Positions 50,228-64,000 of a stretch of 64,000 nucleotides of DNA are shown here, piece by piece. The position numbers were made by a program, and so were the translations under genes. Within the stretch, counting starts at the first letter, position 1, and every line of letters begins with the position of its first letter. The DNA lies in the NCBI GenBank assembly GCA_963709585.1, contig CAVPXI010000014.1, positions 320,001 to 384,000 on the forward strand, read 5' to 3'. Source of the DNA: Candidatus Dormiibacterota bacterium (lineage in GTDB: Bacteria; Chloroflexota; Dormibacteria; Aeolococcales; Aeolococcaceae). The notes under the pieces are model-generated. The model made no database searches and was not told the origin of the DNA. It saw only the letters and a program-made list of their open reading frames with translations.

Positions 50228-51480
50228 CGCCACGCCGGCGTCGGGCGTGCGTCATCGGCGTGTTGATCGCGCTGATGCCGGGCGCGGCGGGCTTCGCCGC
50301 GGGCGGCGGGGGCGGCAGCGGCGGCGCCCAACCCGGACCGTCAAGCCAGGGCACCGGCGCCGTGACCGACGGCAAGCTTGTGGCCGGCGCAGGCGGAACG
50401 TATCTCCCGATCATCCCCGCCGACATCACCCCGACGGGGACCGAGCCCCCCAATCCACTCCAGATCCCGCCACCCGGAGCCAATCCCCAGGGAATGACCT
50501 GCCCGGATTCGCACCTCTTCCACGTCGGTCCGGGATCACCGTCACCGGGCGGTGGCATCGTCGCGGCAATCGCCATCCATCCCTTCTTCAGGAAGAATGC
50601 TGCGGGTGGCTACGACGGCTTCGAATCGGGGTTCGGATATGCGCTCCGAGGCGCGATCCCACCCGGCGGTAACCCCGCGGACACCGCGCCGGGCAGTCCC
50701 GCCACCGCCGCGAACGTCGCCGGTCATGTGATCGCCGTCACGGCGTTCCTGCGCACCCGCGGCACCTGGCAGGATGCGCAGACAGTGGCACCGTTCGGAG
50801 GGAGCTGCCAGGGCGCGACGTTCTGGTTCAGCGCTCCATACCTCGCGGGTGACGCTCCCCCTCCGGTCCCGCCGGTCAGCGTCCTGCAGACACCACCGTT
50901 TCCGATCGGAGCGGACCTGGTGGCGGCGCTGACGAAATCGTGGACGGTCGGAGGGATCGAGACACTTCCCGGCGGCTCCGGAACCTCGCGCAGCTTTGTG
51001 CACATCCCCACCTGCGCGTGGACCGACTCGACGGTTCCGACCGTCCCCGACCCGTACCACGCGCTGACCACGACGGTAGTGGACGGCTACACGCTCTTCC
51101 TGCTCTACGACGTCACGGTGACCCCGGGGCCGGTCGCATGGAGCTGGGGCGACGGTACGCGCACGATTGCGCCAGGCCCGGTCGAGCACCGACCCACGAG
51201 CCTGCCGAGCTACGACCCCACGACGCAGCGCTGGACCGATCCGTGCCCGGTGAGCCACGACTATGCCGACGTCTCGCCCGGGGCGACCATCACAGCGACC
51301 GAGACGTTCACGGTCACCATCACGGTCAGCTGGAGCGACGGTGTCGCGATTCACACCGAGCCGGTGGCGTGCGCTTCCGGCGGTGGCGCCTGCCGCCCGA
51401 CCCTCGGTCCCGGCGATGGATGGCAGAGCGGGCCACATCCCATCGACCAGATCGAGCCGGTTCCCTACCAACCACAGTAG
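50224..51480 (+). CDS. Secreted Pro/Thr/Cys-rich hypothetical protein with PKD-like C-terminus
   Basis: RRRR + hydrophobic signal; WSWGDG, VSHDY, TVSWS; GTGA overlap with upstream gene. Confidence 0.6.
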   Translation: MTPRRRRACVIGVLIALMPGAAGFAAGGGGGSGGAQPGPSSQGTGAVTDGKLVAGAGGTYLPIIPADITPTGTEPPNPLQIPPPGANPQGMTCPDSHLFHVGPGSPSPGGGIVAAIAIHPFFRKNAAGGYDGFESGFGYALRGAIPPGGNPADTAPGSPATAANVAGHVIAVTAFLRTRGTWQDAQTVAPFGGSCQGATFWFSAPYLAGDAPPPVPPVSVLQTPPFPIGADLVAALTKSWTVGGIETLPGGSGTSRSFVHIPTCAWTDSTVPTVPDPYHALTTTVVDGYTLFLLYDVTVTPGPVAWSWGDGTRTIAPGPVEHRPTSLPSYDPTTQRWTDPCPVSHDYADVSPGATITATETFTVTITVSWSDGVAIHTEPVACASGGGACRPTLGPGDGWQSGPHPIDQIEPVPYQPQ

Positions 51481-51491
51481 CCGGCGCGCGG

Positions 51492-53027
51492 TCACGGGCC
51501 GAGCAGCGACCTGCCGGTCATCGCGGCCGGTACCGGGAGTCCCATCGCATCCAGCACGGTGGGGGCGACGTCGCGCAATCCCCCACCCTCGCGAAGCGGC
51601 AGATTGCCGGCGCCGCACAGGATCACCGGCACGGGACTGGTGGTGTGCGCGGTGAGGACCGAACCGTCGCGGCGATCGATCTTGTACTCCGCGTTGCCGT
51701 GGTCGGCGGTGACGAGCAGACCCCCGGTACACCCGTCGACAGCGCGCGCCAGGCGGCCCAGGCACGCGTCGATGCACTCGACGGCACGCACGGTGGCGTC
51801 GAAGTCGCCGGTGTGCCCGACCATGTCCGCGTTGGCGTAGTTGGCGATGATCAGCGCGTCTTCGCCATGTTCGAGCCGGGCGATCACCGCATCGGTGACG
51901 CCCGCCGCGCTCATCTCCGGCACCGTGTCGTAGGTGGCGACCCGGGGCGATGGAACGAGCACGCGCTCCTCTCCGTCGAACGCGGTCTCGCGGCCGCCGT
52001 TGATGAAGTACGTGACATGCGCGTATTTCTCGGTCTCCGCGACGTGGAACTGGCGCAGCCCGGCGGCGCTCACCTCGTCGGCGAGCGTGTGCCGGACGTC
52101 CTCGCGCGGGAACGCAACGCGCGCATCGAGGTCCCGCTCGTACTCGGTGAAGGTGACCACGTCGACGTCGCGGAGCACCCTCGAACGTGAGAACCACTCG
52201 AAATCCGCGTCGACGAGCGCATGGCACAGCTGACGAGCACGATCCGGGCGGAAGTTGAAGAAGACGATCGAGTCGCCATCCTCGATCCGGACGCGCCTCC
52301 CCGCCTGCAGGATCGACACCGGGGCCACGAATTCGTCGGTGACCCCCGCTGCGTACGCCGCCTCGATGGCGGCGATCGGGTCGGCGGCGGTGCCGTCGCC
52401 GGCGCCGGCGATCACCTCGTACGCCTGCTGGGTGCGGTCCCAGCGCCGATCCCGGTCCATCGCGTAGTAGCGACCGCTCACCGATGCGACGGCGCCCGCG
52501 CCGACCCGCTGCAGTCCTTCGAGGAACGTGCGAACGAAGCCCGCGGCGCTCGTCGGCGGCTCGTCTCGGCCGTCGAGAAACGCGTGAAACCACACGGCGT
52601 CCAAGCCCCGGCGTCGCGCCAGCTCGGCGAGGGCGACCGCATGATCCTGGTGGCTGTGCACCCCTCCCGGCGAGATCAACCCGAGACAGTGCAACGCCAC
52701 GCCGCGATCGCGCGCGCGATCGACCACCTCGCACAGCGCGGCGTTCTCGTAGAAGCTGCCGTCCTCGATCGCACGATTGATGCGCGACAGGGGCTGGTAG
52801 ATGAGCCGTCCCGCGCCGATGGTGAGATGACCGACCTCTGAGTTTCCCTGCTGACCCGGCGGCAGCCCCACGGCCTCACCGCTCGCGTCCACCTGCGTAT
52901 GCGGCCACAGTGTCTCGAGCACGTCGAACTCGGGCGTGCGCGCGGCCGCGATCGCGTTCCCGTATGGATCCGGACTGCATCCCCACCCGTCGAGGATGAC
53001 GAGCACGAAGGGTCGCACCCCGCTCAT
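51492..53027 (-). CDS. gpmI: 2,3-bisphosphoglycerate-independent phosphoglycerate mutase
   Basis: [39 protein letters not shown]. Confidence 0.97.
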   Translation of the reverse strand: MSGVRPFVLVILDGWGCSPDPYGNAIAAARTPEFDVLETLWPHTQVDASGEAVGLPPGQQGNSEVGHLTIGAGRLIYQPLSRINRAIEDGSFYENAALCEVVDRARDRGVALHCLGLISPGGVHSHQDHAVALAELARRRGLDAVWFHAFLDGRDEPPTSAAGFVRTFLEGLQRVGAGAVASVSGRYYAMDRDRRWDRTQQAYEVIAGAGDGTAADPIAAIEAAYAAGVTDEFVAPVSILQAGRRVRIEDGDSIVFFNFRPDRARQLCHALVDADFEWFSRSRVLRDVDVVTFTEYERDLDARVAFPREDVRHTLADEVSAAGLRQFHVAETEKYAHVTYFINGGRETAFDGEERVLVPSPRVATYDTVPEMSAAGVTDAVIARLEHGEDALIIANYANADMVGHTGDFDATVRAVECIDACLGRLARAVDGCTGGLLVTADHGNAEYKIDRRDGSVLTAHTTSPVPVILCGAGNLPLREGGGLRDVAPTVLDAMGLPVPAAMTGRSLLGP

Positions 53028-53033
53028 GCGGCG

Positions 53034-53837
53034 CTAGGCGCCGTCACGAGTGCCGGGGCCTGCTCCGGCGGCGGCGGCAACGATGACGCCGAACTCCTCG
53101 GCACGCAGGCTCACGCCGCCCACGAGCGCGCCATCGATATCCGGTTCGGCGAACAGCGACGCGGCGTTGGCAGCGGTGACGCTGCCGCCGTAGAGCACGC
53201 GCGGCGAACCGTCGAGGAACCTGGCTCGCACGTGCTGTTTGATGTGGGCGATCACCTCCTGCGCCTGCGCCGGGGTCGCGGTGCGACCGGTGCCGATCGC
53301 CCACACGGGTTCGTACGCGATCACCCAGTCGTCAACGGCGGGCAGGCTTTCCAGCTCGGCGAAGACCGCGTCGAGCTGGCGGTCCACGACATCAAACGTG
53401 CGGCCGTCGTCGCGCTCTTCGCCGGTCTCCCCCACCGCCAGGATCACCTCCAGACCGTGCGCGAGCGACGCGATGAACTTCTTGCCAACCTCGTGGTCGC
53501 GCTCGCCGAAGAGATGGCGACGCTCGGAGTGCCCGACGAGCGCGAGGTCGCACCACCCGGCCAGCATCGCGGGCGAGATCTCCCCGGTGAAAGCGCCTGC
53601 GTCCTTCCAGAAGACGTCCTGCGCACCGAGCCGTACGCCGGTCCCCTCGAGGACTGCGTGGACCGCCCACAGATGCGTGAACGGAGGAAGCACGGCAACG
53701 TCGACGCCCGGCGTCGGCGACACCGCAACACACACCGCGCGCGCCAGGGCCACGCCCTCGTCCACGGTCGTGTTCATCTTCCAGTTCCCGGCCACCATCC
53801 GTCGCGACGCCGCGGCCCCCCGGGGTCCTGCCGTCAA
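53034..53837 (-). CDS. tpiA: Triosephosphate isomerase
   Basis: [29 protein letters not shown]. Confidence 0.97.
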   Translation of the reverse strand: MTAGPRGAAASRRMVAGNWKMNTTVDEGVALARAVCVAVSPTPGVDVAVLPPFTHLWAVHAVLEGTGVRLGAQDVFWKDAGAFTGEISPAMLAGWCDLALVGHSERRHLFGERDHEVGKKFIASLAHGLEVILAVGETGEERDDGRTFDVVDRQLDAVFAELESLPAVDDWVIAYEPVWAIGTGRTATPAQAQEVIAHIKQHVRARFLDGSPRVLYGGSVTAANAASLFAEPDIDGALVGGVSLRAEEFGVIVAAAAGAGPGTRDGA

Positions 53838-55041
53838 CGCCGGGCGACCTCGCGGTCACGGAGAGCGGCGACCCCTGGGAGCGTCCTCCCCTCGAGGAAT
53901 TCGAGGGTGGCGCCGCCGCCGGTGCTGATAAAGCCGATCTTGTCAGCAACGCCCGCGTCCTGGACGGCGGCGGCGAGGTCGCCCCCGCCGATCACGGTGG
54001 TCGCCTTGGAGGCCGCCACTGCGCGCGCCACCTCACGTGTGCCCGCGGCGAAAGCCGGAATCTCGTAGATGCCCAGCGGCCCGTTCCAGATGATCGTCCC
54101 GGCACCGGCACAGTCGGCGGCGATGCGCGCCACCGTGTCCGGCCCGGCGTCGACCACCATCCAGCCCTCGGGGATCGCCTTCCAGGCGACGACCTGCGTC
54201 GGTGAGCCGGCGGCGGCTCGCTCCGCGACGACCCCGTCGACCGGGAGACGGAGGTCGGCGCGGCGTCCTTGCGCCGAGTTCGAGAAGACGGCGTGCTGTG
54301 GCCACCTGCTCCTCTTCCACGAGCGAGGTGCCGGTGCTCTCCCCGAGCGCGCGGTAGAACGTGCACGCCATCGCGCCACCGACCCAGAGCACATCGACGC
54401 GATCGAGGAGGTGGTCGAGCACGCCAACCTTGGTCGAGATCTTCGAGCCGCCGACGATGGCCACGACCGGGGTGCGCGGGTTGTCCATGACACCACCGAG
54501 CATCTCGAGCTCGCGAGCCATCAGCCTGCCGGCGACCGCCGGCAGCAGGTGGGCAACGCCCTCAGTGGAGGCGTGGGCGCGGTGGGCTGTCCCGAAGGCG
54601 TCGTTCACGAAAACATCCCCAAACGCGGCGAGCTGCTTCGCGAACTCCGGATCGTTCGCCTCCTCGCCCGGCTCGAAACGGACGTTCTCGAGCATGCCGA
54701 CATCGCCGTCACGCAGCGAGTTCGACCATGCTCCACGCGCTGTCGCCCACGACATCCGAGGCGAGACGGACATCGGCGCCGAGCAGGTCGCTCAGGCGCG
54801 CCGCGATCGGCCCGAGGCGAGCACTGTCGTCGATCCTGCCCTTGGGGCGCCCCAGATGCGCGACCACGATCACCCGCGCGCTTCTGTATCGGAGCGCTTC
54901 GATGGTGGGGATCGCCTCTCGGATTCGGCGATCGTCGCTGATGGCGCCGTCGCGCATCGGCACGTTGAGGTCCTCGCGCAGGAGGACCCGCTTGCCGTGC
55001 ACGTCGATGTCGTCGATGGTTGCCTTCGACACCGATGCCAC
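53834..55041 (-). CDS. pgk: Phosphoglycerate kinase (frameshifts near 54730 and 54290)
   Basis: [40 protein letters not shown]. Confidence 0.95.
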
Positions 55042-55050
55042 CGAGGTCCC

Positions 55051-56076
<1,026 letters not shown>

Positions 56077-56956
56077 TCAGGTGATTCGGCGCCGCTCGGG
56101 GCGCGCTCTCACCCTATCACCGCCCTCACCCGCCGCGGCGATCAGACGGTGGAAGCGGCCGGCCATCGCGGGACGGCTGCAGCCGGCGCGTTCCGCCAGC
56201 TGCGCCAGGTCGTCGTCCGGATGGCGGGCACGAAGCGCCGCCGCCTCCCGCAGCGCCGGCGGCAGCGCGAGCCAGCGCGCGGGATCCGCCTCCAGGACGG
56301 TGATCGAACTCGACCTGGCGGACGCCGGCCACGGCGCTCCTGCGCAGGTTCGCCGTCTCGGCGTTGAGCCGGCGGTTGACCCCGCTGCGGACCTCGCGGA
56401 TCACCCGCCCCGACTCGAAAGTGAGGCGGCCGGCCTGCGCTCCGATGGAGCTCAGCGCCGCCCCTACCGCGGCGCCGGAGCGCACCGTCACGACCCACCT
56501 CCCGCGACGCAGCCGCATCTGCGCGCCGATGCCCAGAGTTGCGAAGTCGGCGACCAACTGGACGGCGGCATCCTCGTCCGCGCAGCCGACTTCGAGATAC
56601 GGCTCTCCATCGGGCCGAACCAGCCGTCCCGCACCCAGAAAGGCCCCCCGGAGGCGGCTCCGCGTGCAGCACGTGCGGGTGGACCGCGTCTGCACCACCT
56701 CGGGTTCGATACCGACCAGGACGTATTGCGTGCGCCGCGCCGCTCCGACCCTCGATACGTGCGCGGTGATCCGCTCGGCATGCAGCGCCTGCATCGCGGC
56801 TCGCACTGCGGCGGGACGCGTGGTGGCGATGGCGCCTGGCGTCGAAGTCACCAGCGCCAGTCCGTCGACGAGAGCGCGCCGGCAGCATGGGAGGAGCGGC
56901 GTGTGTGGGGCAAGCTCCGCGACGACGCGATTCGTGAAGGATTGGGCCGCATCCAT
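56077..56956 (-). CDS. whiA: DNA-binding protein WhiA (frameshift near 56310)
   Basis: LRGAFLGAG, VNRRLNAETANLRRS, C-terminal HTH in shifted frame; position upstream of gap. Confidence 0.88.
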
Positions 56957-56996
56957 GGACGTTGTCAGCCCGGCGGTCCAGAGGGCACCGGAGCGC

Positions 56997-59900
56997 TCAC
57001 GCCGGACGCCTCTCATTCCATCCGGCAACCAGCTCCAGCGCGTGGATCACGCATGCGGGTGCTCCCTTCTGCTCGTAGCAGTCGACGGCGCGCCGGGTTT
57101 CGGCTTCAAACTCGTCGAGCTTCCCGGCGAGATACAGGACCTCCGCCATCGTGAGCGCGGCATCACCTTGCACCAGCGGTGCCTGCGTCGATCTGGCCAG
57201 CTGGTCAGCCTGCTTCGCAAGGCTGAGCGCCGCGCCGCTTTGGCCGCGCCGCGCGAGCAGCTTGGCGCGAAGCTGCAAGCCCATCGTCTGAGTCAGCACA
57301 TCATCAGTGCCGCCGTGCTCGAGGCCAAGCGTCGCCCAGCGCTCCGCCTCCTCAAACCGGCCCAGCGCATACATCGTCTCACCGAGCTGGCACTCCTGGG
57401 TTGAGAGCCAGGCGCGCTCGCCGAGTTGTTCGAGCTGTTCGATGCCCGATAGCGCGACCCGCTCCGCGCCTGCGAAGTCACCCGCGAGGGTTTCGATCCG
57501 CCACCCCGTCTGCATCGAAATCGCGGCCAACGTCACCATTCCTCGTTCACGCACCTGCTCAACCGTGGCATCGAAGAGGGATCGGGCGTCCTCGTACTGC
57601 CCACAGGACGCGAGGATATCCGCCATCCACACGCCGTGCAGGGGTTGATAGATGGGGCTCGCCGCATCCGTCGTCTCCAGCCAGAGCAGCGCTTCAGCGG
57701 CCGGAAGTCGGCCCATTCGCGACCGCTGCCGCCGCCACCCCCTGAGCATTGCGTGCCAACCAGAGCTTCCCCGCATTCGTTGCGTACGTAATCGAGCGCG
57801 TCAGCGACTCCAGCGAGACCTCGAAGCGGCAGCAGTAGTGATCGACAAATCCGGCCGCCAGCTCGAGCATTGCCAGGGAACCATCGTCGCCGCTGCGCTC
57901 GATCTCCGGTCGAGCCTCCGCCACCAACTCCCCGAGAGCGCTGTCATTTCCGGTGGGATCGAGGTTGGTCCGCCATATCGCACCGATCAGCTGTATCTGG
58001 AGCTGGCCGATGCGATCACCGGTTGCGGCAAGCGCATCAGCTGCCGTCTCCGAGCGTGCGACTGCCTCGTTCAGCCTGCCGGACATGGCGAGCCCCTGAA
58101 TGAGCGACTCTTCCAACGCCACGTCGATCGTGTGCACCGGCCGAAGCACTTCGGCCCGCTCCAGAAGGTTCACCGCCGCTGTCGTATCGCCACGGTCGAG
58201 CGCCCGGCGACCCGCGGCCTCGAGGTGGATTGCGGCGGCTCTGCCCAGAGCCCGCGCCTGCTCGTCCGCCGGACCGAGCTCGGTGCGGTAGCGGAACGCT
58301 TGCTCGAGGTGGTAGCCCGCGATCTCGTCGAGCTCCTCGAGATCGCGCCCGCGTTGCTCGAGCCACCCGGCAAAGCTGGCATGCAGCTCGGCTCTGTTCG
58401 CTTTCGGCAGCGAGTCGTATGCGGCGTCGCGAATGAGCAGGTGCCGGAAGGCGAAGGCGTCCTCGCCGGCGAACACCGGTCGGTCGGGGCGCAGGAGATC
58501 CTTGCGCACCAACGTCATAAGCTGTCCCGCCACGTCGGGCGCATCGGGCGCCATGACCTCGACCGCACCGCGATGAAAGGACTGGCCCTCGACCGAACCG
58601 CGCTCCAGCACGCCGCGTTCCTCCGGTCGCAGCTGATCGAACCGAGCCGCCAGCAACGCTTTGATGGTCGGCGGCACGATGACGTCGTGGCTGCTCGACT
58701 CGCGGACCATGGCGACGATCTCCTCCAGGAACAGCGGATTCCCCGCAGCCGTGGTGCGAATCCGTACGCGAAGTTGCGGATCGAAGGAGCCCGCCGGCCG
58801 GCAGCAACTCGTCGATCAATGCCTCGGTTTCGTCGGCGTTGAGCGGCTCCAGGAGCACCGTGGTGGCGTTGAGCTTGCCGCCCCCCCAGCCTGGCCGGCG
58901 ATCGAGGAGCTCGGCCGGCCGAGACAGAGCACGAGGATTGGGGTGCCGCGACTCAGATCCCCGATGTGCTCGATGAGGTCGAAGAGAGTCGGCTCGCCCC
59001 AGTGCACGTCGTCGAAGACGACGACGAGCGGATTGCTGTCCGCAGCGCACTCGAGCAGCTTGCGAACGGCCCACGCGATCTCGGTCGATGATATGGCCGC
59101 GATATGCTCGCCGAGCAGCGTTCGGATCGCCGCCGAGACGTTTCCGTCTCGCTCCATCAACTCGGCGGCTGCCGATCCCTCCGACGCCGCCAGCAACTGT
59201 CTCACGATAGTGATCACCGGCCAGTACGTGATGCCCTCGCCGTACGAGAGACAGCGGCCGCGCAGCACGGTGGCATCGACGCCGCGCAGGAACTCGGCGG
59301 TCAAGCGCGATTTCCCGACGCCCGCGGCGCCGAGGACGGTGAACAGGCTGCACGACCTGCCGTCGATGACGTTGGCGAACGCGTCGCGAAGCATCCGCAG
59401 CGGTGTGCCGCGCCCGACCATCGGGGTCTCGACCCGGGGCGATGTGGCCGAGCGTCGACGCCAATGTGCAGCAGCCTGTACGCGGGCACCGGCTCACTCT
59501 TTCCCTTGAGCTCGAGCGGTGCCAGCGGCTCCACGGTCACCGCGTCGCGCACCAGTCGCCACGTCTCCGGACCGATGACGATCTCCCCCGGCGCAGCAGC
59601 CTGCTCGAGGCGCGCGGCGACGTTGACGGCGTCCCCGGTCGCGAGGCGTTCCTCGGTTCCGGTGACGACCGGACCAGTGTTCACGCCGGTGCGCACCGTG
59701 ACCGTGGTTCCGTAGTCGCGTGCGAGCTCGCTGTTCAAGTCGGCGAGGGCATCACGCAGTCCGACAGCCGCGCGGACGGCGCGCAACGCATCATCCTCGT
59801 GCAGAACGGGCACGCCGAACACCGCCATGACCGCATCGCCGATGAACTTCTCCACGGTCCCGCCATGCTGCTCGATGACCTTTCGCGCGGCGTCGAAGTA

Positions 59901-60094
59901 GCGGCGCATCACCTGGCGGAGGCTCTCCGGGTCCAGCCGCTCCCCCATCGCGGTCGATCCCGTGACGTCGCAGAAGAGCACCGTGACGGTCTTGCGCTGT
60001 GCCCTCGGCGCCTGTGCCGTTGTCAGCGGTGAGCCGCAGCCGTTGCAGAAGCCCGCGTCCGCGGGGTTCTCCCTGCCGCAGTTGGCGCAGGTGT

Positions 60095-60098
<4 letters not shown>
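56997..60098 (-). CDS. Zinc ribbon + class III adenylate cyclase + AAA ATPase + TPR-like protein (several frameshifts)
   Basis: CANC..FCNGC, LFCDVTGST, EKFIGDAVM, GDAVNVAARLE, GAAGVGKS, VFDDVHW, GNPLF, FRHLLIRDAAY. Confidence 0.88.

Positions 60099-64000
<3,902 letters not shown>

Overview
High-GC bacterial chromosome segment. The gene content (whiA, gpmI, ChdC/HemQ-like protein, two-domain ThyX, actinobacteria-like accessory genes) suggests a monoderm Terrabacteria lineage; a Chloroflexota/Dormibacterota-like host is my inference only. About 20 single-base frameshifts, including in ligA, pgk and whiA, indicate an unpolished long-read assembly. Layout: (1) rsgA 5' end with a short upstream leader ORF and a PAP2 gene. 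(2) tRNA-Gly(TCC) followed by a 4.5-kb island bounded by a 45-bp att repeat. It carries a truncated tyrosine integrase, a densely structured non-coding tract, a RelE/HigA-type toxin-antitoxin pair, a fused ABC-ATPase-TOPRIM (PARIS/OLD-like) gene and a convergent HEPN (RxxxxH) gene, together a candidate anti-phage module. (3) About 11 kb of accessory stress and xenobiotic genes, including a Rox-like monooxygenase preceded by a rifamycin-associated element (RAE). (4) Mixed metabolic genes, with a UDP-sulfoquinovose synthase + GT2 + two GT-C + epimerase + flippase-like cluster and a 170-bp inverted-repeat element. (5) The core ligA-uvrC-rapZ-whiA-gap-pgk-tpiA-gpmI run, in which rapZ is reduced to its C-terminal domain and a cyclase-ATPase-TPR gene occupies the usual yvcK position.
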